Positions 30,809-39,430 of a stretch of 64,000 nt of DNA are shown here, piece by piece (within the stretch, counting starts at the first letter, position 1; the number at the start of each line of letters is the position of its first letter). Source of the stretch: an uncultured Lachnospiraceae bacterium (lineage in GTDB: Bacteria > Bacillota > Clostridia > TANB77 > CAG-508). The DNA lies in contig CAMEHU010000003.1 of assembly GCA_945917765.1 (NCBI GenBank), positions 8,719 through 72,718 of the forward strand, written 5' to 3'. The translations under genes were made by a program, and so were the position numbers. The notes beneath the pieces are model-generated. The model did no database searches. It was not told the origin of the DNA and saw only the letters and a program-made list of their open reading frames with translations.

Positions 30809-31444
30809 TTAAAATTCTTTTTTTAGGTATATTTTTTTAGAAACAAAATATGAAATTCCGATCATTAGAACATTACTTCCTATAAATAATGGAATAGCAT
30901 ATGTTTTAATGAATTTCATTATATTTGCAATAACTTCCATATCTATTGTTACTACTTTTGTAAATAATAAATATAATCCCATAATTCCAATACCAAGTAT
31001 AAACATTACTATTCTTCCCTTTTCAGCACCATATTTAAACATGAAAGGAAGTAAAATTGACAATAAACATATAATTGCTACTAATGACCCCATAAGATAA
31101 GATATAGAGTTTTCAAAATTATAGGTATTTTTTACGGAACCGATTACATAACTACATATAGCACTAATTATTGCAGTTATTATTATAAATGCAATAAATG
31201 TTACATATTTTGATTTAACAGCATTTTCTCTTCCTTTAGGTAATGCACTTCCAAAAACATGAAAATTGCTTAAATCATCATAATTAAATGTTGATAAACC
31301 TATCATCAAGGCCATAAACGGAAGTAAAAAAGACATATCCATTTCAAACATCACTGAATAAAAAACATAAATGACAATTGCAATCACTATAGTTTTAATA
31401 TTATTTTTTATTGTAAAAAAATCTTTTTTTATAAACCCTATCAT
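30809..31444 (-). CDS. ABC-2 type transporter permease
   Basis: 211-aa, six-TM protein immediately downstream of the ABC ATPase. Confidence 0.6.
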   Translation of the reverse strand: MIGFIKKDFFTIKNNIKTIVIAIVIYVFYSVMFEMDMSFLLPFMALMIGLSTFNYDDLSNFHVFGSALPKGRENAVKSKYVTFIAFIIITAIISAICSYVIGSVKNTYNFENSISYLMGSLVAIICLLSILLPFMFKYGAEKGRIVMFILGIGIMGLYLLFTKVVTIDMEVIANIMKFIKTYAIPLFIGSNVLMIGISYFVSKKIYLKKEF

Positions 31445-31445
31445 T

Positions 31446-32300
31446 TTATTTTCCTCCTTTAATTATCAAAAGCATTAAGCTTTCTAATGTAATACTATCC
31501 ACAACAAAATCTTTATATTTCTTTTTACAAGTTTCCTTATTCTCAACTAAAATCTCATAATTATATTTATTCTTTTTAAATCTTACAATATCTGATTTAT
31601 CTATAGTTTCAAACTTATCTATATCACATTTTAATATTCCATAATTATCAATTATTTCATCCTTCTGATTTTCAATAACAATTCTACCGTTGTCAATAAA
31701 CACAATATAATCTGAAATATGCTCTAAATCACTTGTGATATGTGTAGACATAATAATTGTGTGTTCTTCATCCTCAATGAAATCTAAAAATAAGTCTAAA
31801 ACCTCATTTCTTACAACAGGATCAAGTCCGCTTGTTGCTTCATCTAATATAAGTAGTTTAGGATGATGAGATAAAGCTGTTGCAATTTCAACCTTTTTTC
31901 TCATACCTTTTGATAGTGTTTTTAAAAGTTGATTATCTTTTATCTTAAAATCTTTCAAATACTTATAAAAAAGCTTGCTATCCCAATTTTTATAAATATC
32001 CTTCATAATAGAATCTATATCTTTAGCATTTAGCATTTCTGAAAAAAATGTATTATCTAGTACAATTCCAATATCTTCTTTTATCTCTAATTCTTTTTCC
32101 TCTAAGTCTTTATTAAAGATTTTTATTTTTCCAGAATCCTTTTTTATAATATTTAATATTGATTTAATAAGTGTAGTTTTACCTGCACCATTTTCTCCGA
32201 TTAAACCAATAACATAACCTGATGGAATTTTTAATTCATCGATTTTTAAGTTAAAATCTGCGTAGTTTTTTTCTAAATTATTAATCTCTATAGCATTCAT
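31446..32300 (-). CDS. ABC transporter ATP-binding protein
   Basis: Walker A GENGAGKTT, signature LSKGMRKK and Walker B LILDEATSGLD. Confidence 0.9.
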   Translation of the reverse strand: MNAIEINNLEKNYADFNLKIDELKIPSGYVIGLIGENGAGKTTLIKSILNIIKKDSGKIKIFNKDLEEKELEIKEDIGIVLDNTFFSEMLNAKDIDSIMKDIYKNWDSKLFYKYLKDFKIKDNQLLKTLSKGMRKKVEIATALSHHPKLLILDEATSGLDPVVRNEVLDLFLDFIEDEEHTIIMSTHITSDLEHISDYIVFIDNGRIVIENQKDEIIDNYGILKCDIDKFETIDKSDIVRFKKNKYNYEILVENKETCKKKYKDFVVDSITLESLMLLIIKGGK

Positions 32301-32677
32301 TATTTATCACTCCCATAAAATAAATTAAATATATCAATTACTTCTTCTTTTGAAATATCATATTTGCTTGATATTTCAACAATTTTTGATATATACTCTT
32401 CAACATCCTTTTGAGCTTTCTCTTTCGCAAGTTCAGTATTTTTGGGTGCCACAAAAGTACCTTTTCCTTGCCTAGAAACGATATACCCCTCTTGTTCTAG
32501 TTCATCATAAGCCTTTTTTATTGTCATAACACTTATCTTTATATCTTGCGCTAAATTTCTAATAGATGGTATCGCTTCATCTTCCTTCAGCTCATCATTC
32601 ATTATTTGTTCAATAATTGAATTTTTAATCTGTTCATAGATAGGAACTGAGCTACTATTACTTATAATCATTTTCAT
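32300..32677 (-). CDS. GntR-family (YtrA-like) transcriptional regulator
   Basis: PIYEQIKNSIIEQIMNDELKEDEAIPSIRNLAQDIKISVMTIKKAYDELEQEGYIVSRQGKGTFV. Start set at MKMIIS behind AAGGAGGGG. Confidence 0.85.
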   Translation of the reverse strand: MKMIISNSSSVPIYEQIKNSIIEQIMNDELKEDEAIPSIRNLAQDIKISVMTIKKAYDELEQEGYIVSRQGKGTFVAPKNTELAKEKAQKDVEEYISKIVEISSKYDISKEEVIDIFNLFYGSDK

Positions 32678-32776
32678 AGTTTTCCCCTCCTTATGTATAA
32701 CAGTATATAACACTGTATAACATTTGTCAATACATATATAAAATTAAGTATTATTTTTTAGCATGCTTGTATACTC

Positions 32777-32805
32777 TTGCTTTTATTTACATAATATGAT
32801 ATAAT
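32777..32805 (+). promoter_or_regulatory. sigma-A promoter of module copy 2
   Basis: TTGCTT-N17-TATAAT with a TGa extended -10. Confidence 0.5.
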
Positions 32806-33010
32806 ATGCCGTATGAAACTCACAATACTCCTATGTCTTCATTCGAATGTCCACCCATTTACCAAAAATAATTTTTAAGGAGATTAAATTATGAAAGAAA
32901 GAAAAACACAGCGGTTTGTACCATATGACCTTACACCTGAGTGGTTTGACAAAGTTTGCTTGTTAAATCCGAATTCCCCATCTTTTACTTCAGAGTTGAT
33001 TTCTGAAAAG
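32777..33010 (+). repeat. duplicated promoter + leader + N-terminal coding module, copy 2
   Basis: Paralogous to 17861..18105. Many differences within the coding part are synonymous (ccc/cca, tac/tat, ctg/ctt, tta/ttg, tcg/tct, gag/gaa). Confidence 0.85.
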
Positions 33011-33133
33011 GAAGAAAAAAGTTCCCACTTGTTTAGTTTACATAAATTTGACTTTTATTTGAAAATATGTTACAATACCAATTATACAAATTTTAATACA
33101 AGAAATTGTAATTTCTTTGTATCAAAATTGTGA
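32891..33133 (+). pseudogene. truncated paralogue of the 17979..18725 gene (only ~42 conserved N-terminal codons)
   Basis: MKERKTQRFVPYDLTPEWFDKVCLLNPNSPSFTSELISEK is followed by an AT-rich read-through that contains the next gene's promoter-like TTGACT-N17-TACAAT. Confidence 0.5.
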
Positions 33134-33168
33134 AAAATTTATTGAAACAATAAAAAGGAGAATGTATT

Positions 33169-34305
33169 ATGAAAAGTTGCAAACGGTGTTTATATGATGA
33201 AACAATAGAAGATTGTATCATTGAAGAAAATGGTATATGTAACTACTGCATCAGACATGATATGTTAGAAAAAGAGTATCCTAATAACGATGACGGTAAA
33301 AGGATACTTGACAAAATTATTGCTGAGATTAAGGAACATGGAAGTACTAACAACTATGATTGCGTAATTGGCATAAGTGGTGGTTGTGATTCATCGTATT
33401 TGTTAGATTTCTGTGTCAAAAGTGGATTGCGGCCTTTAGCTGTACATTTTAATAACGGATGGGATACAGATATAGCTAAGCATAATATGATGTGTATGTG
33501 TGCCAAACTGAATATTGATTTTATTGATTATTCTGTTGACCCTAATGAGATGAACGATATATTTAGAGCATTTTTGCTGTCAGGTGTGATTGATATTGAT
33601 GCCCCAACTGATATTGGATTAATAACTGCATTGTACAAGGTTGCACATGACAATGGAATTAAATATATTGTGGAAGGTCATTCTTTTCGGACAGAAGGCA
33701 TACAGCCATTAAGCTGGGCATATGTTGATGGAAAGTATATCTCAGATGTTCACAAAAAATATGGAAGCGTTCCAATGAAAACATATCCAAATTTATGGAT
33801 GAAAGACTTCATTAGATGGGTATGTATTGATAAAATAAAACGAGTACGGCCACTTTATTATTTAGATTATAACAAAAAACAAGTAAAACGCTATCTTAAA
33901 GAGAAATATGATTGGAAAGATTATTCTTCTCATCATTGTGAAAATGATTTTACACGTTTTAATTATGACTTTTTTCTTCGTCAGAAAGTTCAAGTTGATG
34001 AAAGAGTTAATGAATATTCAGCTTTAATTCGTTCTGGCCAAATGGACAGAAATGAAGCATTAAACTTAATTAAAGTAGAGGTAAAATGTCCCGCTGAATT
34101 AATTAAAAAAATTAAAACTAGGCTAAATATCTCTGATAATCAATTTGAAGAAATTATGAGCAGTCCAATACGTACATACCACGATTTCAAAACATACAAA
34201 AGATTTTTCATACTAACTAAACCGTTATGGTTTATTCTTTACAAAGCTGGCATAGTCCCAAAAAGTTTTTATTTAAAATATTGTTTTAAAAATTTTGCAC
34301 AATAA
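33169..34305 (+). CDS. N-acetyl sugar amidotransferase-like PP-loop ATPase (WbuX/LPS-biosynthesis family)
   Basis: N-terminal Cys cluster CKRCLYDETIEDCIIEENGICNYC and PP-loop GISGGCDSS. 378 aa. Confidence 0.6.
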   Translation: MKSCKRCLYDETIEDCIIEENGICNYCIRHDMLEKEYPNNDDGKRILDKIIAEIKEHGSTNNYDCVIGISGGCDSSYLLDFCVKSGLRPLAVHFNNGWDTDIAKHNMMCMCAKLNIDFIDYSVDPNEMNDIFRAFLLSGVIDIDAPTDIGLITALYKVAHDNGIKYIVEGHSFRTEGIQPLSWAYVDGKYISDVHKKYGSVPMKTYPNLWMKDFIRWVCIDKIKRVRPLYYLDYNKKQVKRYLKEKYDWKDYSSHHCENDFTRFNYDFFLRQKVQVDERVNEYSALIRSGQMDRNEALNLIKVEVKCPAELIKKIKTRLNISDNQFEEIMSSPIRTYHDFKTYKRFFILTKPLWFILYKAGIVPKSFYLKYCFKNFAQ

Positions 34306-34320
34306 AGTTCAATAACAACT

Positions 34321-34357
34321 AAAAAAATTCCAGAGATTCTTTCTCTGGAATTTTTTT
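34321..34357. terminator. bidirectional rho-independent terminator between convergent genes
   Basis: aaaaaaa-ttccagag-attcttt-ctctggaa-ttttttt. Confidence 0.75.
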
Positions 34358-34395
34358 AAAATATTTATTAATACAAGAGTCATCTTGTACATAAT

Positions 34396-35235
34396 CTATA
34401 GTATTTCAAGATTTTTATAGTGCATATATTCTTCGAATTTCACATGCCATAAATTACTAGTTGTTTTTTCATTACCATTACTAAATTTATTTATATATTC
34501 TATAAAACCACAGCAATAATCAAATCCATCTCGCAATGTGTATAAGATTAAATTAGACCATTCTTTACATTCCTTATGATAATTACTATCTGTATAATAT
34601 TTTTTTACATCTTCAAAATTATAATATAATTCATTTTGTGAATAATGTACCTCATTCTCTTTAATTGATAGTATACCGTATGTAGAATGTGGTTTATTAT
34701 CAACTACGCAGCTAACAGCTCCAGAGTTTATAAAATGCTTATTTTTATATACTGTATGGAATGGTATATGTGTATGTGCGGATAAGTATATATCACAAGA
34801 AAATTTATCAATTAATTCTTCAAAAACATCATAACTATTGCTATTTACTAATTCTCTAACATTAAAAGGTGTCCCATGCGAAAAACATATTTTTTGATTT
34901 TCAATATTAATAATTTTAAAAATTGGTAGTGTTTTTAAAAAATTTTTATTTTCTTCTGTGGTATTATTATACGCATATAACATGGATTTCATTTGATTAA
35001 TACCATTCCATGATTTATTATCATAATTTGCAATTGATAAATCTCTGTTGCCTGCTATAATATTTTCAGTTTTATTTTTTATTAGATTCAATACTCTATC
35101 ATTGTCAAATCCGTCTGTTATATAGTCTCCACAAAATATAAAATCATCAACATTATATTTTTTTATATCTTCCAAAACCAATTTCAATAATAAATAATTA
35201 CTATGTATGTCATTTATAATTGCTATCTTTTTCAT
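34396..35235 (-). CDS. metallophosphoesterase
   Basis: Motifs IINDIHSN, GDYITDG, GNRD, SHGTP and AHTHIP. Confidence 0.8.
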   Translation of the reverse strand: MKKIAIINDIHSNYLLLKLVLEDIKKYNVDDFIFCGDYITDGFDNDRVLNLIKNKTENIIAGNRDLSIANYDNKSWNGINQMKSMLYAYNNTTEENKNFLKTLPIFKIINIENQKICFSHGTPFNVRELVNSNSYDVFEELIDKFSCDIYLSAHTHIPFHTVYKNKHFINSGAVSCVVDNKPHSTYGILSIKENEVHYSQNELYYNFEDVKKYYTDSNYHKECKEWSNLILYTLRDGFDYCCGFIEYINKFSNGNEKTTSNLWHVKFEEYMHYKNLEIL

Positions 35236-35258
35236 ATTGATTACTCCCCTTTTATTAC

Positions 35259-35334
35259 TGGTGCCACCATGCAGAATCGAACTGCAGACCTACTGGTTAC
35301 GAATCAGTTGCTCTACCAACTGAGCTATAGTGGC
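35259..35334 (-). tRNA. tRNA-Thr (anticodon CGT), CCA encoded
   Basis: GCCACTA TA GCTC AGTTGGTA GAGC A ACTGA TTCGTAA CCAGT AGGTC TGCAG TTCGATT CTGCA TGGTGGC A CCA. This gives a 76-nt cloverleaf with one A-C mismatch at the base of the anticodon stem. Confidence 0.9.
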
Positions 35335-35402
35335 ATAAAAAAATATAATTCTATCACACAAATAGAATTATATTTTTTTATCACCAAAATGTCAATAGAA
35401 AA

Positions 35403-37406
35403 TTAAACCTTTTCTACTTGTTTTTCATTAACCAACTTGCAAATCAACTCAGCAACACTCTCAACACCTAATTTATCACTATTAATACAAATATCATAAT
35501 TAGAAAAATCCTTCCACTCTCTTTCAGTATAATACTTGTAATGATTTGCACGTAATTTATCAATATGTTTTATCTCTTTTTCAGCCTTTGCTTTAGATAA
35601 ACCATAAAACTCAGTTGCCCTTTTAATCTTATTATCCATATCACTATAAATGAAAATCTTCAAAACATCCTTCTTTTCATTTAAAATGAAATCAGCACAT
35701 CTTCCTACAATTACACAAGATTCTTTTTCAGCAATATCTTTTATTAATTCAGATTCTTTCAAAAATAATTCATCACTATTATCTAAACCAAAGTAATATC
35801 CATTATTTAATCCAGCTAAAACATCTCTTTTTTGTTCTTTATTTTCAATATATTCTTCTGATAATCCTGTTTCAGCAGATACTTTTTGAATAAACTCTTT
35901 ATCATATAATTTAATACCTAATTTTTCAGCAACTAATTTTCCAATATATCTTCCACCAGAACCATATTCTCTTGAAATTGTAATAATATAATTAGATTTT
36001 AAATCACTAACATCAGTATTTGCTTTTTCATTTACAGTTTTACTTACATTTTTATTACCTAGATGTTTTACTTCTATAACTAATAATATAACAGACAAAA
36101 TAAATGCAACCGCATCAGCAAAAGGTCCTGAATATAATACACCTTTTATTCCAAATAAATTTCCTAAAATAATCATTGCAGGAATTAATATTGCAATTTG
36201 TCTTGATATTGATAAAACAGCACTTTTAGCACTTTTTCCAATAGCTTGGAAAAAGATTCCTGATGGAATTTGGATTCCATTACAAATACATAACATTAAA
36301 TAAATTCTAAATCCTAAACAAGCAAATTCTATGTAATTTTCATCTCCATTTCCAAACATTAAAATCAATTTATCAGGTATTGTTTGGAATAAAATAAATG
36401 CGATAGTGCTTATAATTACACTGATTCCAAGCACTTTTTTTAATGTTTCTTTTACTCTCTCATTTTTACCTGCACCATAATTATATCCAAGAATTGGTTG
36501 AGAACCTGCAGCAATTCCAATAATAATACTATTTAAAATTTGACTAATTTTCATTACAATTCCCAAAACAGTAATTGGAATATTTGGACCGAATTTTGAC
36601 GCAGCGCCACATTTAGCAAGCATGTTGTTTTCTGTTGCAATAACGAAAACTATACTCATTTCAGTTATAAAACTACTAATTCCTAACACACTTACTTTTC
36701 TTATTGTTGATAATGAAACTTTAAACTTGTCTTTGTTTAATGAGATAGACTTAAACTTTTTAATATACATTATATTTATTATAAATGTAAATAATTGACT
36801 TACTACTGTTGCTATTGCAGCACCTTCAACTCCCATTTTAAATACAAAAACAAATATTGGGTCTAATATTGTATTTAAAATTGCTCCAATTACCATTGAA
36901 AACATTGCATATTGTGGTGAACCATCTGCTCTTATTATTGAATTTAATGTTGTTCCAACCATCATAAATGGCAATCCTATTGATATTATCATTCCATATC
37001 CTAGTGCATATGGTCTTAATTCGTCTGTGCATCCAAATAAATTTAATAATTGTGGTAAACACACTACTGATACTATACATAAAAGAATCGCACAAAAGCT
37101 TGATATTATGATTCCATTTGCAACACCTTTTTCAGCATCTTGCTTCTTTTTTTCACCAAGCTTCAAACTTAAATATGCTGATGTACCATCACCAAACATT
37201 AAAGCAAAAGCTAAACCTACCATTGTTAATGGAAAAACAACGTTTGTTGCTCCATTTCCTAGATATCCAACTCCCCAACCAATAAAAATTTGGTCTACAA
37301 TATTGTATAATGAATTAACTAATAATGATATTATACAAGGAATTGAGAACTTTTTAATTAATTTACTAATTTTTTCTGTTCCTAAAATATTTTCTTCGTT
37401 TTCCAT
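35403..37406 (-). CDS. MATE-family efflux transporter fused to a C-terminal cytidylate-kinase-like (Cytidylate_kin2) domain
   Basis: About 450 aa of 12-TM MATE sequence, then a linker, then YIITISREYGSGGRYIGKLVAEKLGIKLYDKEFIQKVSAETGLSEEYI...KLRANHYKYYT. This is one uninterrupted 667-codon frame. Confidence 0.8.
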   Translation of the reverse strand: MENEENILGTEKISKLIKKFSIPCIISLLVNSLYNIVDQIFIGWGVGYLGNGATNVVFPLTMVGLAFALMFGDGTSAYLSLKLGEKKKQDAEKGVANGIIISSFCAILLCIVSVVCLPQLLNLFGCTDELRPYALGYGMIISIGLPFMMVGTTLNSIIRADGSPQYAMFSMVIGAILNTILDPIFVFVFKMGVEGAAIATVVSQLFTFIINIMYIKKFKSISLNKDKFKVSLSTIRKVSVLGISSFITEMSIVFVIATENNMLAKCGAASKFGPNIPITVLGIVMKISQILNSIIIGIAAGSQPILGYNYGAGKNERVKETLKKVLGISVIISTIAFILFQTIPDKLILMFGNGDENYIEFACLGFRIYLMLCICNGIQIPSGIFFQAIGKSAKSAVLSISRQIAILIPAMIILGNLFGIKGVLYSGPFADAVAFILSVILLVIEVKHLGNKNVSKTVNEKANTDVSDLKSNYIITISREYGSGGRYIGKLVAEKLGIKLYDKEFIQKVSAETGLSEEYIENKEQKRDVLAGLNNGYYFGLDNSDELFLKESELIKDIAEKESCVIVGRCADFILNEKKDVLKIFIYSDMDNKIKRATEFYGLSKAKAEKEIKHIDKLRANHYKYYTEREWKDFSNYDICINSDKLGVESVAELICKLVNEKQVEKV

Positions 37407-37465
37407 TTTTCTCCTTTTCCTCTCCTTTTCTTTTTAAATAGATTTAACCTTATCATTCTAAAGTG

Positions 37466-37506
37466 CAAAAAACACGAACAACACTATTTTATTAGTGTTG
37501 TTCGTT
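37466..37506 (-). terminator. rho-independent terminator after the surface-protein gene
   Basis: 12-bp stem acgaacaacact / agtgttgttcgt, followed on the minus strand by gtttttt. Confidence 0.75.
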
Positions 37507-37645
37507 AATCATTATTTAAAATAATGTTCGTTTCCAAATGATTTCAGGTTCAATTTACCTATTATTTTATTATATGTTTATTACAATTTTTTTTATAAAC
37601 AACATATTGTATAATAACACGATTTTCCATTTTTGTCAAATTTGA

Positions 37646-39388
37646 TTAAAAATGTTTACCTTTTTTCTTTGGTTTTGTTGGTTTATCATCATCATTCAAA
37701 TCGAATCTTTTAGTTTCATCACTTACACCAACTCCATCGCCTTCATCATCAAATACATTATATTCTTCTGTATTTAAAATTTGTGATTTAATATCAGCAT
37801 TTTCAACCATTTCGTCATATTTTGGTGTTTCTTCTTCAGTTGCATTTGCTTGATCAATTGCATTTTTTAATGAATAATCATAATCATCTGATAATTCATC
37901 AGCTTCTTTAATATCTTGAATATCATCTGTATTAGATGTTTTCTTTAATAAAATTATAATCACAATAATTGCAATTAATAAAATTCCTATAATTCCACCT
38001 AAAATGAAATATATTTTTTTATCAGTATTTTTCTTAATTTCAGCAATTGGATTAAATACTGATTTTTTTATAGTTACTTGATATACAGCACTTTGTGTAC
38101 CATCACTATTTTCTAACATTATAGTAATAACTCTTTCACCATTTTTGTTAGCTTCTGCTTCAGCAATTGTAACATTAATATCCTCATCTTCTGCTTCTGC
38201 AATTATATCACTAACTTTTATTGCTGATGGATTGCTAACTGTAATGTTATAACTTGTTACATCAGGATTAAAGCTTGGCTCTAATGTTGCATTATTTATT
38301 TGTAATTTCTTTAATTTTAATCCATTTTCTTCTATTTCCTCATCTCCAGCTTCATTTGTTTTTGTAACTGTGATTGAGTAAATTCTTGTTGTTCCATCTT
38401 CTGCTGTTACTGTAATTCTTACAATGTTATTACCTACTTTAAAGTTTTCATTTCCTTGAATATCAAATTTAGCTTTATCATCTTGTACTATAGGTGTAAT
38501 TTCAAGTTCTTCAACATCTTTTGTAACTTCTAAAGAATATTTTGTTGTTTCTGGATCAAAGTCTGGTGTTAATTTATAATTTTCAACAACTATATCTTTT
38601 AAAGCTTTGTTTGTTGACTTTTCTTGATTTTCTTCTTTTTTCTCTTCTTCTTTCTTCTTTTCTTCTTTATCTTTATCTTCTTTATTATCCTCAGGTTCAG
38701 CTGGTTTATTTGTTGTTAATAAACTACTACTTATATATGCTGTTTGTCCATTATATGTTACTCTACTCCATCCATTTGAACCAATACCTGTTCTTGTAAC
38801 ACTTTGACCTTGTTTTAAAGAACCTATAGCTTTACTTGATGTTGAATAGCTTGCACGAACATTTATACCTTCTTTTGCTGCATATACTGTTTGGTTTGTT
38901 GATGTAAATGTTGGTTCTGCTGGTTGTTGTTGAGCTGGTTGTTGGTTTTGTTGTTGATTTTGTGCAGGTTGTTGTTGTTGTTGCTGTTGATTTGATTGTT
39001 GTTGGTTATTTTGCTTTGCAACAACATTAACTGTTATTGTTTGATTAATTGGTACTTGTGTTCTATCAGCATCGACAATGTTTCCAGATAAAGTTATAGT
39101 TTTAGAACCTGCACTAGAAGTATCCAATGTATAAGTTTTACTATCAGATTGGTTACTTAAATCTGTACTTACAATATCAATCCTTCCTGAAACACCAGGT
39201 CCTGATACTATTAAATTACTTAAACATCCATATGCATCTACCTTTATGGTTACATTATCTCCAACATTTACATTCTGGCTACTCGCAGATAGGGATGCAT
39301 TTGCAGCATCAGTTTTAGTACCACTTATTAAAACCCCTAATATAATTGTAAAACAAACAAAAATTATTTTCTTATATATTTTTTTCAT
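37646..39388 (-). CDS. membrane-anchored surface protein: Ig-like N-domain, Gln-rich linker, SH3b, two cadherin-like beta-sandwich domains, TM, acidic tail
   Basis: Signal peptide. Long Q-rich run NNQQQSNQQQQQQQPAQNQQQNQQPAQQQ. SH3b segment INVRASYSTSSKAIGSLKQGQSVTRTGIGSNGWSRVTYNGQTAYISS. Cadherin-like units are present (L.P.F.P....Y...V....E.L.I). TM segment IYFILGGIIGILLIAIIVIIILL. Confidence 0.65.
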   Translation of the reverse strand: MKKIYKKIIFVCFTIILGVLISGTKTDAANASLSASSQNVNVGDNVTIKVDAYGCLSNLIVSGPGVSGRIDIVSTDLSNQSDSKTYTLDTSSAGSKTITLSGNIVDADRTQVPINQTITVNVVAKQNNQQQSNQQQQQQQPAQNQQQNQQPAQQQPAEPTFTSTNQTVYAAKEGINVRASYSTSSKAIGSLKQGQSVTRTGIGSNGWSRVTYNGQTAYISSSLLTTNKPAEPEDNKEDKDKEEKKKEEEKKEENQEKSTNKALKDIVVENYKLTPDFDPETTKYSLEVTKDVEELEITPIVQDDKAKFDIQGNENFKVGNNIVRITVTAEDGTTRIYSITVTKTNEAGDEEIEENGLKLKKLQINNATLEPSFNPDVTSYNITVSNPSAIKVSDIIAEAEDEDINVTIAEAEANKNGERVITIMLENSDGTQSAVYQVTIKKSVFNPIAEIKKNTDKKIYFILGGIIGILLIAIIVIIILLKKTSNTDDIQDIKEADELSDDYDYSLKNAIDQANATEEETPKYDEMVENADIKSQILNTEEYNVFDDEGDGVGVSDETKRFDLNDDDKPTKPKKKGKHF

Positions 39389-39430
39389 ATGACATTAATG
39401 TTATATACTAACATTTTCTCCTTTCGTATT

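Noticed and set aside
38890-39010. CAA/CAG-rich tract, considered as a possible microsatellite or contingency repeat.
   Set aside because: It is in frame and imperfect, and it encodes a Gln-rich interdomain linker of the surface protein. There is no homopolymeric or strictly periodic tract suggestive of phase variation.
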